From IMG/VR virus record IMGVR_UViG_3300010429_001449: DNA of 64,000 bases; one strand, written 5' to 3'. The notes beneath the pieces are model-generated. The model was given only the letters and a program-made list of their open reading frames with translations. It was not told the origin of the DNA and searched no databases. Source of the stretch: a virus. Lineage: Duplodnaviria; Caudoviricetes. Positions 26,371 to 35,585 of this stretch are shown here, one piece after another; position 1 is the stretch's first letter, and each line of letters begins with the position of its first letter. Made by a program: the position numbers and the translations under genes.

Positions 26371-27513
26371 TTAATCATCATTCGGCGTTCTTGACCCGCA
26401 TTTCGGACACGTTATGAAGGAAGAAAAGACGTTCGTGGTGTAAACGGTGCGCCCACAACCCTGACAGTGGAGTGCGCGACGCCCCTCGGCAGGAGACGCA
26501 AGATGTTGCTGTTGTGGAGACAACGGCGTGCCGTCCAGCGACACAGGGCCGACGTAAGGCGCTGTTGGAGCCACCGGGGGCGGGGCGAAACGAGAGTCGC
26601 CTGGAAGAATGAGGTTTCCCTGTGGACGCGCCTGCGGGCGGGTTACGACCTCATCCGCCTGCGTCAACGGAAACGTGTCGTCGTAGGAAACTTGCTGACT
26701 GCGGCCTTCTCGCACGGGAGCCGGAGGCTGCGGCACGAAAGGACGCGGCGCGGTCGAGAGACGATTTGGTGCGGGAGGAATAGGAGCTTGCTGTCTCCAG
26801 ATAGGAGGCACAGGTTCCCCGCCGTAGTCCAACGACGGGTCGAAAAACGCCACGTCTGCCGATGGCGGCGCGGCCCCCGGCTGTCCAAACAGAGGCGATT
26901 GCTGACCCGGCTTCATAAGCGTCTGTTCGGCAATTCGGTGCGTTTGCTCTTGAAGATCGACAGCGGCCTTCTGTAACTGCGCGGGGTTGACGGTCACGAC
27001 GCCCGGCGGGGCCTGCAACTCCCACACGTGAACATTAGACGGAAACTGCTGCAACAGACCCAAAATCTCCTGTTTGCGCTGTACCAAACCGCCGTGCCCT
27101 ATGCCGGGGAAGTTCAGGTGAAACGTGACGTTGGCGTACTCATTAGCCTTTGCGAAAAGAGCTTGCGCAGACGCAAAGATCATATCCGCATCAGCCCGCT
27201 GGCGCGGGTTGATTCGCGTCTGGAACAAGCCAAACGTGCCAAGAAATTCCCGCCCCATAAAGATATCGGTAACGATAACGCCGTACTGCGCATTCGCGAC
27301 CCCCATCTCTACAATTATCTGACCGAACCGAGCATCGATACCGGGAAGAAGCGAGCGCAGTTGCTGCGCCGCGCCGGTTTCCATCAACAAAACGCCGTTC
27401 TGTACGACAGACCCCGCCGTGACCAAGAGGACTTCGTTGATGGGGCACGTGACATTGCCTTTGGGCGTCCGTTGGAAGAACGCCTCGAACATATTGCCGT
27501 AACGCTGTATCAC
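26371..27513 (-). CDS. Macrodomain-like N-terminus, Pro/Gln-rich linker and C-terminal zinc ribbon
   Basis: YGNMF...LLMETGAA...FQT...FPGIGHGGL resembles phage macro domains; CQGC..CPKC. Confidence 0.7.
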   Translation of the reverse strand: MIQRYGNMFEAFFQRTPKGNVTCPINEVLLVTAGSVVQNGVLLMETGAAQQLRSLLPGIDARFGQIIVEMGVANAQYGVIVTDIFMGREFLGTFGLFQTRINPRQRADADMIFASAQALFAKANEYANVTFHLNFPGIGHGGLVQRKQEILGLLQQFPSNVHVWELQAPPGVVTVNPAQLQKAAVDLQEQTHRIAEQTLMKPGQQSPLFGQPGAAPPSADVAFFDPSLDYGGEPVPPIWRQQAPIPPAPNRLSTAPRPFVPQPPAPVREGRSQQVSYDDTFPLTQADEVVTRPQARPQGNLILPGDSRFAPPPVAPTAPYVGPVSLDGTPLSPQQQHLASPAEGRRALHCQGCGRTVYTTNVFSSFITCPKCGSRTPNDD

Positions 27514-27515
27514 GA

Positions 27516-28364
27516 CTAAGCTCCTTTCTCGGAACGATAATCATTCCGCAACACAAGGGTATCATCTTCTTCAGCCTTGTCAAGGTGAGGCGAGGGTACG
27601 TCGTTCCTGTTGTAATAGCACCACGCCCTTTGTTCGTCCGTTAGCACGGGCCAAATAATCTTGAGACGCCGTTGAGAAAGCTGCAATAACTGATCTCTGT
27701 GTTCCTCCGTATCGACGGTGACTGTCCAATCCGAATAGACAAGACGGTAATCAAAAGGAAGTGCGGCAAAGAGATAAGCAAGCTGCCTCGGTGTAAGTGC
27801 GCCGTGCTCCGCAAAATAAGCGGAGAATGATTCGGCGTATTGAGGATGACCTGCTCGGCGAAGGGCGCTAAACGCGATGAAAATACGCGCCTGACGCTCT
27901 TCTTCTAAACGCAGCGCCCTATCTCTTTCCGCCCGCTTAAGAAGTTCGTACTCCTTTTTCCGCGCTCTTTCTGCTTGTGCCTGCCGTTCGCGCTCCAATC
28001 TGTCAGCCTCATCTCGTTTCCGCTGTTCTTCTGTCTTCTTGGCGGACAGCAGTTTTCTGAACAAGGCTGCTGCTTCTGTTTCGGTCAACTCGTTTCCGTC
28101 AGCGTCTGGGAGCAAGACGCCCAGCTCCTCTAAGAAATGGAGAATGCAATCCGAACCTATGGAGAGCTTGGCCCCGTTATAACTGTTCCTCATCTCGTAG
28201 TGATACCGAAGACGCTTGTTGCCGCAGATATCGCAGACCTTGACAGAGTCCTTCCAATCGAAGACTTTGAAGGTGAAAAACCACTCGCGGAATGCCTTTT
28301 TAAGGTCTTCCTTCTCTTGGCTAACCGCAAAGAGATTCGGGGCTACTCTGTTGATCCAATCCAT
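27516..28364 (-). CDS. Hypothetical protein (Zn motif plus coiled coil)
   Basis: CDICG...N......IGSDCI. Confidence 0.75.
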   Translation of the reverse strand: MDWINRVAPNLFAVSQEKEDLKKAFREWFFTFKVFDWKDSVKVCDICGNKRLRYHYEMRNSYNGAKLSIGSDCILHFLEELGVLLPDADGNELTETEAAALFRKLLSAKKTEEQRKRDEADRLERERQAQAERARKKEYELLKRAERDRALRLEEERQARIFIAFSALRRAGHPQYAESFSAYFAEHGALTPRQLAYLFAALPFDYRLVYSDWTVTVDTEEHRDQLLQLSQRRLKIIWPVLTDEQRAWCYYNRNDVPSPHLDKAEEDDTLVLRNDYRSEKGA

Positions 28365-28370
28365 TAGCGA

Positions 28371-28805
28371 TTATCCCCGCGCACACAACAGGAGCTTGGG
28401 TTCCTCAAAGGGAACACCGTACTTCTCGCAGAACACCCGGAGGTCTTCGCGCCACTTGCGTCGTTTGTTGCGCGAGAACGCCTCCGCTTTGATTTCCTTG
28501 GGAGACTCGCCCAAAGCATAAACGAAACTGTCCACAGCCGCCAAGACACACAGGCGCTTCTTCTCGGTCCCATGAAATATCAAGCGTACCGGGCAAGCAG
28601 AAAACACCGTTCTCGCCATGACCCAGAAGTCGCGCTTGTCTCGATAGGCAGAACACGCAATCCCTTCGGTCTTGGCGAACCACTCCTCAAAAACGAGGCT
28701 GCCCCAAGGATACTGAACCGTATCCGAGAGTGCTATGCCGTACACGATAATGCCTTCTGCCGCGTTCACTACGTTAATCCTTTCTGTTTGGAGAGTGCCG
28801 CCCAT
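28371..28805 (-). CDS. Hypothetical protein
   Basis: ORF in operon; start uncertain. Confidence 0.6.
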   Translation of the reverse strand: MGGTLQTERINVVNAAEGIIVYGIALSDTVQYPWGSLVFEEWFAKTEGIACSAYRDKRDFWVMARTVFSACPVRLIFHGTEKKRLCVLAAVDSFVYALGESPKEIKAEAFSRNKRRKWREDLRVFCEKYGVPFEEPKLLLCARG

Positions 28806-29701
28806 CCGTCACGTACGACTTTCGCAAGGTTTCGGGCCGCACGGCTATCATCCAATTCCGCAATATCATCCAACATCAAGGCAACAAGTTCTATGACCTC
28901 GCCGTCGGATGGAATGCACAAAGCACCATGAGGATGACGGTCAGTAGTACACTCATCGAGACACGGCACGTAGGAAGGCGTCTTAGACAACCCGTTCTCG
29001 CGCCGGAAGTCTTCGACGTTGCAGTACTCACCACACTTCTCACTGACGCGCTTCGCAACACACACCTGCGCGGCAGTCACGCGCACTGTGAACCCGCCAC
29101 TCCAATTGAGCGAGCACGGAGGCTCCTTGACCGCAGGAGCCGCCGCCTGCTTGTCGAACACGCGCTCGTAATAGCGCACTTTCTGCCGCCATTTGCTGAT
29201 CAGCTTCCGCTTGCTCTTGAGGATGCCTTCCAACCGCAGCAACTCGGTCGTGTGCTTGATCAGCGTGTCTTTGGCTTTCCAGTAACGCTCCTCCCGAAGT
29301 TGCCCTCCGGTACGCGGCGGCTTAGGCTTGGCGGAATCTTTCAGGCGAATCCGCATGTCCGCAGTCCACGGAACCTCGAATTCCCACCAGGGGGACATGT
29401 CGCTATGATGCAAGCCGCGATTGTGTCCGAATTCGTGAATGGCGATTCGAGCGACCATCGCCACGTCCAGCGTAGGATCGTCCTGCCCCTTGAAGTACGT
29501 TGCTCGCGGGACTATCAGCTTGATCCACTTGGACGTGTAACTGCCGCGCCCGTGATATCGCTTGCCGCGAGCATACTCGACCTTGACAGTATATCCCTGC
29601 GGATCAACACCGTCCTGCTCCATCGCTTTGACTACGACTTTGCGAATGTCATCCGAACGCCAGCACGTGGCGTTGATGATTCTGAATTGTCTCCCGCGCA
29701 T
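28769..29701 (-). CDS. Putative zinc metalloprotease-like protein
   Basis: IAIHEFGHNRGLHH (HExxHxxGxxH); ATG at 29701 with GGAGG. Confidence 0.72.
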   Translation of the reverse strand: MRGRQFRIINATCWRSDDIRKVVVKAMEQDGVDPQGYTVKVEYARGKRYHGRGSYTSKWIKLIVPRATYFKGQDDPTLDVAMVARIAIHEFGHNRGLHHSDMSPWWEFEVPWTADMRIRLKDSAKPKPPRTGGQLREERYWKAKDTLIKHTTELLRLEGILKSKRKLISKWRQKVRYYERVFDKQAAAPAVKEPPCSLNWSGGFTVRVTAAQVCVAKRVSEKCGEYCNVEDFRRENGLSKTPSYVPCLDECTTDRHPHGALCIPSDGEVIELVALMLDDIAELDDSRAARNLAKVVRDGWAALSKQKGLT

Positions 29702-29741
29702 CCGAGTGTCCTCCAAAAAGGTTTGTCTGTCCGATACTATT

Positions 29742-29769
29742 ATTATAACAGAAATACAGAGAATGTCAA
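29742..29769 (-). promoter_or_regulatory. Conserved phage promoter
   Basis: TTGACA-N16-TATAAT. Confidence 0.85.
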
Positions 29770-29808
29770 GGGGAATTTTCGGATAATCGCCGTTGATCTC
29801 AGCGGGCG

Positions 29809-30135
29809 TTACGCATCGATGACAAGATCGCGGACTTTCCGCACCGTCTCTTTGAGATGATCCATCTCTGCGCGTTCCTCATCCTTATCGTCGTCGATGT
29901 CATCAAGCTCTTTTTCCAGAGCGGCGATATCAAGTTTAAGCTGGCTGCATTTTTCCTCGGCGTTCTTGAAATGTTTGCAAGCGACAATCAAAAGAGCGAC
30001 GGGGTCTTTCGTATCATCCGGTAGCGGACACCCGTTCCGTATCATCACGTCAACGCAATCGGCCAAGACAACATCTAACGGCGTGTTCTGATAGGTCCGT
30101 TTCAGCAAAACCGGCGGTTCGTTTGACGAGGACAT
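29809..30135 (-). CDS. Hypothetical coiled-coil protein
   Basis: ATG overlaps the upstream stop codon. Confidence 0.65.
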   Translation of the reverse strand: MSSSNEPPVLLKRTYQNTPLDVVLADCVDVMIRNGCPLPDDTKDPVALLIVACKHFKNAEEKCSQLKLDIAALEKELDDIDDDKDEERAEMDHLKETVRKVRDLVIDA

Positions 30136-30716
30136 TATGACTTCCTTTCTTGAGCAAGAGATTCCATGTGCTCCAAGAGAGCTTCCTCGCACTCGTCAAA
30201 CGAGGCACAGAACTCGCCCCACGAAGCGACAATGCGGCGTTCTGCCGCGTCAAGGATCATTACGCGCCAGGCCCGTTCGACATCCACCGGCTTGTAGCGG
30301 TAGCCCGTCTTCGTGACGGTGAAACCTTCCGGCGCACCTTCGGGCGTTTGTTCCAGTTCGCCTTCTTCTCTGACGATGAAAGCCCGCGCAATGAGAACAA
30401 TCAGCGCGTCATCCAGAGGCGTCTCGGCGGCAGTTCCGGCGTTCAGGACTACAAACGGTTCTCGATTCAACATGGCCTTGGCGATGTTTTCTTCCGTCAG
30501 AATAGGCGCTGCCACATCAGCCAAAAGCACACAAGAGTCTGCCAGGGGCTTCAGCAGCGGACTATCGGCTTTCGTCCACGACATGATCAAGCCGTGATCC
30601 TCCGCCATCGAGAAGGCTACCCATGACGTTGTGCCAAGAGAAGCCATCTCTTCCTCTAACTCCTCCGTGGCGGCGACTGCCACCGGTTTCCCAGCCAAAA
30701 CAATTACTTTGTCCAT
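30135..30716 (-). CDS. Hypothetical protein
   Basis: 193-aa acidic ORF. Confidence 0.7.
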   Translation of the reverse strand: MDKVIVLAGKPVAVAATEELEEEMASLGTTSWVAFSMAEDHGLIMSWTKADSPLLKPLADSCVLLADVAAPILTEENIAKAMLNREPFVVLNAGTAAETPLDDALIVLIARAFIVREEGELEQTPEGAPEGFTVTKTGYRYKPVDVERAWRVMILDAAERRIVASWGEFCASFDECEEALLEHMESLAQERKS

Positions 30717-31159
30717 TTGGAAACTCCCAAAGCGTGTATGATGCCGCTGTTTCGGAGCGCAAGAAGGCGTTTGACCATGCGGTTATAGCACTTCCGCTGC
30801 GCGTCGGTAAGGTTTATCAGAAAATCGCCCACATACGGATCATCAATCGGATAGAGGAGAATCGGAACGTCGTGCAAATATGCGTAACAATCTGACATAA
30901 GAGCGGCCATAACTCTCGCGTCGAGAACAATTATTGCGTCTGGCTTGAACGTCAAATCGCGCAGATGCTTCGAGATCAAGGTGTCCGTCCGCCGCCCTTC
31001 TCGTTCCAACAGTTGGATGACGTTAGGATCAACCCGCCACGGCGACAGACCCGCAGAGAAAACCTGAACGTCCGGAATCTCATCTCGAAACAGTCCTTCC
31101 GCCATCTGACTGCGGCAGCAGTTCGCCACACACATGAATAGCAACCGTTTCTGAGACAT
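30704..31159 (-). CDS. Low-molecular-weight phosphatase / ArsC-family protein
   Basis: LFMCVANCCRSQMAEG (CX5R), SAG, DDPY. Confidence 0.88.
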   Translation of the reverse strand: MSQKRLLFMCVANCCRSQMAEGLFRDEIPDVQVFSAGLSPWRVDPNVIQLLEREGRRTDTLISKHLRDLTFKPDAIIVLDARVMAALMSDCYAYLHDVPILLYPIDDPYVGDFLINLTDAQRKCYNRMVKRLLALRNSGIIHALGVSKWTK

Positions 31160-31183
31160 TATTGCTCCTTTACCGTCTCCCTT

Positions 31184-31211
31184 AGTATAACAGCGGAAAA
31201 GAGTTTGTCAA
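31184..31211 (-). promoter_or_regulatory. Conserved phage promoter
   Basis: TTGACA-N16-TATACT. Confidence 0.85.
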
Positions 31212-31663
31212 GAGGACGTTTGCTCGTCTTCGGTTTCGTCCAGACACGCCTCTGGCGTCTCGGCGGGTTCGACTCTACGCGCCGCTTCAATCTCGGCCAG
31301 ACGCTGCGTGACCGGACACTCGGCGTCGCATTCTTCTTCCGGATGCAACGCGGCCTCAGACAGATGCGTAAGTTCCTTGAGCGCGGAGACGGCCTTGAGC
31401 AGTGATGAGCGCAACTCGATCACGTCCTTTTCAGGAACCTTCTTGGCTAGGCGATCCATAACTTCCATTGCGCCCGCAAGAGCGGCCAGGGCCGTCACTG
31501 ACTTGCTGGAGACGACTTCCGCCCACGGCGGACGATTTGTTGTCGTCAAAGTAGTCAGGTAGTTCCTTACCCGGTTGTTCAAGCAGTCTTGGCACAACCT
31601 CCCGTTGGAAGTAATCAGCGTCGTTTTGCCGCATCTCTTGCAAACACCTTCCTCGAAGCTCAT
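31208..31663 (-). CDS. Hypothetical protein
   Basis: CKRC..CQDC; coupled to the upstream ORF. Confidence 0.68.
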   Translation of the reverse strand: MSFEEGVCKRCGKTTLITSNGRLCQDCLNNRVRNYLTTLTTTNRPPWAEVVSSKSVTALAALAGAMEVMDRLAKKVPEKDVIELRSSLLKAVSALKELTHLSEAALHPEEECDAECPVTQRLAEIEAARRVEPAETPEACLDETEDEQTSS

Positions 31664-32730
31664 ACAGCTTTTCCTTTCTTGGCTTTGCCCGCCGGAGCCT
31701 TTGCCACAGGCTCGGCTTCAACAGCTTCGCGGCCAGTAGCAGGGTCAAACTTCACTATATCCAACGAGCGTCCCTGTGCTCCCTTTGCAGCTTTGGGCAA
31801 CCGGAGTCCTCGTCTCGCCGAAACGAGCCGAACGCGACCCCGAACATCGTGTACAAGAGCCTCGCCGGGCACACGCCCTCGAGGATACGTACGTTCCTCG
31901 AACTCTCTGTCGGACAGTTTGTTGGCGAGGGCTGCAATCTTCTTCGGAGAAACAGTCGTGTCTGCGGGAGCGGAACACTCAACGGTCTGAGATACTACAT
32001 CACCCAGATGCCCGGAGTCTGCCGAAGGCTTGCGCAACGCGGCATAGCGAGCTTTTGCAGCAATGATCGCTTTCCGCGCATTCTGAGACGCCTTTTTGCG
32101 CCCGGCCTTTGTGGTCTTTTCCCGCGCCAGGTATGAGACAGTACCAAGAGCCTTCGACAACAACTTGTCAACGTCAGAAAGAACATCCTCGGTCTGAGCA
32201 AGACGCTCGAAGGCGTGCTTGTGCGCGTCTGCGAGAGGTTTGTCGTACAACGAGCGAACAAACCGTTTGATGTTCTCCGGCGACGCTTCCGCCTCCTTTT
32301 GATGACGCTCTTTGGCTTCGAGTCTCTCCAAAGCCCGCAGCCAGATTGCTCGGTAAGTATAACGAGCAATCTCTTCCACTTGTCTGCGGGCGGTAAGGAG
32401 CGTGTCCGGTTTGCCGGAATTGATCGCCGCCAACGCGCTTGAGGCGCATTCTCGAATCGCATTCATCATATCGATTGCGGGTACAGCCAAGCCATAAAAG
32501 CGCATCCTGTCCATACACCGACGGCAGAACCCGACTTCGGAAAGAGGCTCTGTGTCACAGAAACAGCCCGGACAAGACAGTTTTGGCACATCAAGGGGAG
32601 ACACGCCTTCTTCAGCAAGACCGAGCGCTCGCGCTTCTTCGGTCTGACGATTCAACTGATTAAAGAGTCGTACAGCAGGATCGTCGGCATTTTGTTGCAG
32701 TTGTTCCAAGGACGGATTCGGCATGATCAA
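31660..32730 (-). CDS. Hypothetical protein
   Basis: 356-aa ORF, AGGAG RBS. Confidence 0.72.
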   Translation of the reverse strand: MIMPNPSLEQLQQNADDPAVRLFNQLNRQTEEARALGLAEEGVSPLDVPKLSCPGCFCDTEPLSEVGFCRRCMDRMRFYGLAVPAIDMMNAIRECASSALAAINSGKPDTLLTARRQVEEIARYTYRAIWLRALERLEAKERHQKEAEASPENIKRFVRSLYDKPLADAHKHAFERLAQTEDVLSDVDKLLSKALGTVSYLAREKTTKAGRKKASQNARKAIIAAKARYAALRKPSADSGHLGDVVSQTVECSAPADTTVSPKKIAALANKLSDREFEERTYPRGRVPGEALVHDVRGRVRLVSARRGLRLPKAAKGAQGRSLDIVKFDPATGREAVEAEPVAKAPAGKAKKGKAV

Positions 32731-32754
32731 CTCCTTCCGCGCATAACACGCGGT

Positions 32755-32997
32755 CTAAAACGGAATGTTACCCAGCCGCTCGGCTTCGTAACGCTCCAAG
32801 ACACGTCGTTTAATGGCCTTGATTACATCAAGAACAGAAGCGTTGGGCATTTGTTTGTGTTCGGCCTGAAACCATTCAAACGCCCAGTCGCCAAAACGAT
32901 ACTTGAGATAGCTCTCTATCCACCGCAGCGCGTCCGGGTGCGCGGGGGACATATCGAGCTTTTGATTTACGAGATCGCGTTCTGGATCAATCATCAT
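32755..32997 (-). CDS. Hypothetical protein
   Basis: Downstream of promoter 33092-33119. Confidence 0.5.
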   Translation of the reverse strand: MMIDPERDLVNQKLDMSPAHPDALRWIESYLKYRFGDWAFEWFQAEHKQMPNASVLDVIKAIKRRVLERYEAERLGNIPF

Positions 32998-33091
32998 TAA
33001 AAAAAGAGGCGAGCGACGGAACTGACGTGACGTTTCAGTTCGGATACGTCTGGACAGAACCTTTGTGGAGATTCGTCGCTCGCCTACACCT

Positions 33092-33119
33092 AGTATAACG
33101 GACTTCAACAATTTGTCAA
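33092..33119 (-). promoter_or_regulatory. Conserved phage promoter
   Basis: TTGACA-N16-TATACT. Confidence 0.8.
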
Positions 33120-33215
33120 GGGGCAAAAAGAAAGAGCGCACTGTTTCCAGTACGCTCTTGTGTAGTGCGCCGGTATTCATCGTCGCCTTCCCATAACAGG
33201 TTAGCGTTGATTGGT

Positions 33216-33290
33216 TGGAGCGGTCAGCGGGATTCGGACCCGCAATGGCTACCTTGGCAAGGTAGTGCCCTACCGTTGGGCGATGACCGC
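33216..33290 (-). tRNA. tRNA-Gly(GCC)
   Basis: GCGGTCA/TGACCGC acceptor, U73, loop TT-GCC-AA, T loop TCCGAAT. Confidence 0.92.
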
Positions 33291-33526
33291 TATTTGTTTA
33301 TCGCTTCTGATCGAACAATCGGACCGCGACCGCCGCTATGAACTACTGCGCTGAACTCCCGCCCAGTAGCTTTGTGAACGGCTTCGATTTTGGTTGAGCC
33401 TTGGACATCACCAACCTTCGTGACGCGAAAGCCGTGGTTGTTGCCAATGCGAGGCACGGCGTCGAACGGCTCAAACAACGAATCCCTAACGAACTTGTCG
33501 AACTGCTCTGTTACTGTATCTGGCAC
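33290..33526 (-). CDS. Small hypothetical protein, paralogue of 33619-33906
   Basis: GF.V..V...AVHKATG..S.VV motif. Confidence 0.55.
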   Translation of the reverse strand: MPDTVTEQFDKFVRDSLFEPFDAVPRIGNNHGFRVTKVGDVQGSTKIEAVHKATGREFSAVVHSGGRGPIVRSEAINK

Positions 33527-33534
33527 AGTGAAAG

Positions 33535-33610
33535 TGGTGGAGCCAGCGGGAGTTGAACCCGCGACCTCTAGTCTGCCGGACTAGCGCTCTCCCAACTGAG
33601 CTATGGCCCC
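33535..33610 (-). tRNA. tRNA-Ala(GGC), C33
   Basis: G3:U70, loop CC-GGC-AG, CCA. Confidence 0.95.
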
Positions 33611-33618
33611 ACAGCGTC

Positions 33619-33906
33619 CTACTTATTAGCGGCTTCCGCCGCTCGCCTGGCAGCACGGTCTTTTGCCGAGATGCCTTTGAACACGACGCCCGATACAGCA
33701 GCGCCGGATGCCTTGTGGACAGCCTTTACGAGCGATGAGTCCACACGATTGTAAACACTATGCACTACGAAACCGGCCTTGTCAAGCTCTCCTGACAGCC
33801 TGGCCGTGCTAACGATTGCCGCGCACAGTTCGGTGAATTGTTCCTGCGACGTTTTCTGCGGAGCCATCTGAGGCGTCTCCGACCGGGCCTTCTTCGTCCT
33901 AGCCAT
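33619..33906 (-). CDS. Small hypothetical protein
   Basis: ATG at 33906 with AGGAG; AVHKASG motif. Confidence 0.65.
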   Translation of the reverse strand: MARTKKARSETPQMAPQKTSQEQFTELCAAIVSTARLSGELDKAGFVVHSVYNRVDSSLVKAVHKASGAAVSGVVFKGISAKDRAARRAAEAANK

Positions 33907-33986
33907 GCGTACTCCTTTGGAGGGGCGGGGGAGATCGCTATCTGGAGGGAGAATAACGATCCCCTGTACCGCCCGCGAGAAAATGA

Positions 33987-34062
33987 TGGTGGAGCCAGCG
34001 GGAGTTGAACCCGCGACCTCATCCATGCGAGGGATGCGCTCTCCCAACTGAGCTATGGCCCC
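33987..34062 (-). tRNA. tRNA-Ala(CGC)
   Basis: G3:U70, loop CT-CGC-AT, CCA. Confidence 0.95.
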
Positions 34063-34253
34063 TGAAAAGCATCGAGCAGAAGAAACAACGCAAGGCCGCT
34101 TGAGAAAACGCCGAGCGGCACGCCAAGCATTCCCATATGTATCCAACACCACAAGAACGGATAGATTACAACCGCAACGCTGCCTATGACAACGACCACA
34201 CACAGCGAGCCAACGAAGGCGAAGTCTTTAACGTCCTGCCACGACACAGACAT
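34053..34253 (-). CDS. Small membrane protein
   Basis: Two hydrophobic segments, AGGAG RBS. Confidence 0.55.
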   Translation of the reverse strand: MSVSWQDVKDFAFVGSLCVVVVIGSVAVVIYPFLWCWIHMGMLGVPLGVFSSGLALFLLLDAFQGP

Positions 34254-34279
34254 ATCGATCTCCTGCGCCGGAAAACCGG

Positions 34280-34380
34280 TGGTCGCGCTGTTATTTTCCG
34301 GAGACGGGCTAGAATGTGTTGTAATTTGGCTTGGCCGTTTCTTTGTTCACCCCGTCATAGCTATCTTAACAGCGCGACCA
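34280..34380 (-). ncRNA. Putative rod-like small RNA
   Basis: 14-bp terminal repeat TGGTCGCGCTGTTA/TAACAGCGCGACCA and inner GACGGG/CCCGTC. Confidence 0.4.
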
Positions 34381-34388
34381 GAAAAAAA

Positions 34389-34463
34389 TGGAGCGGGCAG
34401 CGGGACTCGAACCCGCAATGAACAGCTTGGAAGGCTGTAGCCCTACCATTGGGCTATGCCCGC
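34389..34463 (-). tRNA. tRNA-Gly(TCC)
   Basis: GCGGGCA/TGCCCGC acceptor, loop CT-TCC-AA, CCA. Confidence 0.95.
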
Positions 34464-34475
34464 GTTTTTGTTGCA

Positions 34476-34957
34476 GACGCCGCCGAGTCAGGACGGCGTC
34501 CGATCTTTTCCCGCACATGGCGGGTAAGTCTTGGGGGCCGGAACCGCCGAGACGGTCCTGCCGACTCCACCACCCTGTCAAACATCTCGGCGGACAGGGA
34601 CGCCTGAGTAACGAGAGGCCGGTCAGTTCGAGACTGCATGCCGGTCGACTGACGCCTGACTGTGAGACGACTCTCGTGGCCTAGGCGCGAAAGTCGGCTC
34701 TGTGTCCCTTCCGCTGTCGCAGTGCCGTTGGGCGCTGTGGCAAACGCGGCCTCTCAAGAGCAAGGGCAATCTCTGCAGAGACGACCCTGCGCCCGTTCGC
34801 TTGTCGCTACTAGGGGGAGCAGATAGTTACACCGAGCCGGGCCGAGGCTGCGGGGGCAGCAGCGCCCGGCCTACAGGCTCAGTAAGCGTCGGCGAACCGA
34901 CGCGAAATGGGGAGAAAAGCGGCTGGCACATCCCCGCTTGCGCGGAGAAAAGTGATC
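34476..34957 (-). ncRNA. Putative large structured ncRNA (about 480 nt, unassigned)
   Basis: No credible ORF; long-range helix 34502-14/34942-57, many nested helices, a possible pseudoknot, TTCG and GCAA tetraloops on the minus strand. Confidence 0.6.
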
Positions 34958-35034
34958 GGGACGGCTGAGGAAGGCATAACCTCGCCGTCAATGGAGCGTC
35001 GGCCCATGACGTGTTGTGTGGCAGCCGTCCCGAT
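34955..35034 (-). ncRNA. Putative 80-nt structured RNA
   Basis: 13-bp terminal stem ATCGGGACGGCTG/CAGCCGTCCCGAT. Confidence 0.4.
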
Positions 35035-35039
35035 GTGAA

Positions 35040-35416
35040 TGGTGGACGCGGGGGGCATTGCAACCCCCGTCCAGAAATGGTTCCTTCTGCGCTTGCTACA
35101 TGTTTAGCTGGCCTATTGTGTCTCGCGCTAAGAACCCCGGCCAGCGGGGTTTCCTTCGCGCCATCTCTAAAGCTTTAGCCCTTACGCCCAAGAGAACTGA
35201 CGTAAGACCGATCCCGCTAGTTGACGCCTGCAAACAGACGCGGGCTTCCGCAAGCAGACGTGTTGCCTCTTGTTAGGCAGCAAGCCCAACCGCTTCGCGG
35301 CTGGGGAATTGCACGATGTTATCGGCACTTGTGTTTTGTCAGGCGTTTTACGAGATTCCTGGCGATCTCGACATGCAACACAGACATCTTCCATCCTGTC
35401 GATTCTTGTCGCGCCC
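35040..35416 (-). ncRNA. ssrA: tmRNA
   Basis: 5' GGGCGCG..TCGAC and 3' GAC-T arm-CGCGTCC-A-CCA with G3:U70; tag ORF 35326-35273 encodes ADNIVQFPSREAVGLAA. Confidence 0.93.
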
Positions 35417-35424
35417 GTAGAAAA

Positions 35425-35499
35425 TGGTAGCGGGAGCCGGGGTCGAACCGGCGTGAACGGCTTATGAGGCCGTTGAGTATCCACCTACTCTATCCCGCA
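35425..35499 (-). tRNA. tRNA-Met(CAT), initiator-like 1:72 mismatch
   Basis: TGCGGGA/TCCCGCT acceptor, loop CT-CAT-AA, CCA. Confidence 0.88.
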
Positions 35500-35509
35500 T
35501 TAGGGTCTA

Positions 35510-35585
35510 TGGTGGAGACGAGGGGAATTGAACCCCCTACCTCCTGCGTGCAAAACAGGCGCTCTCCCAAATGAGCTACGTCCCC
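35510..35585 (-). tRNA. tRNA-Ala(TGC)
   Basis: G3:U70, loop TT-TGC-AC, CCA. Confidence 0.95.

Noticed and set aside
34476-35034. RNase P RNA, SRP RNA or group I intron
   Set aside because: I found no GAGGAAAGTCC P4 motif or SRP GGAA/AGCAG loop and could not identify group I core motifs. Left unassigned pending a covariance-model search.
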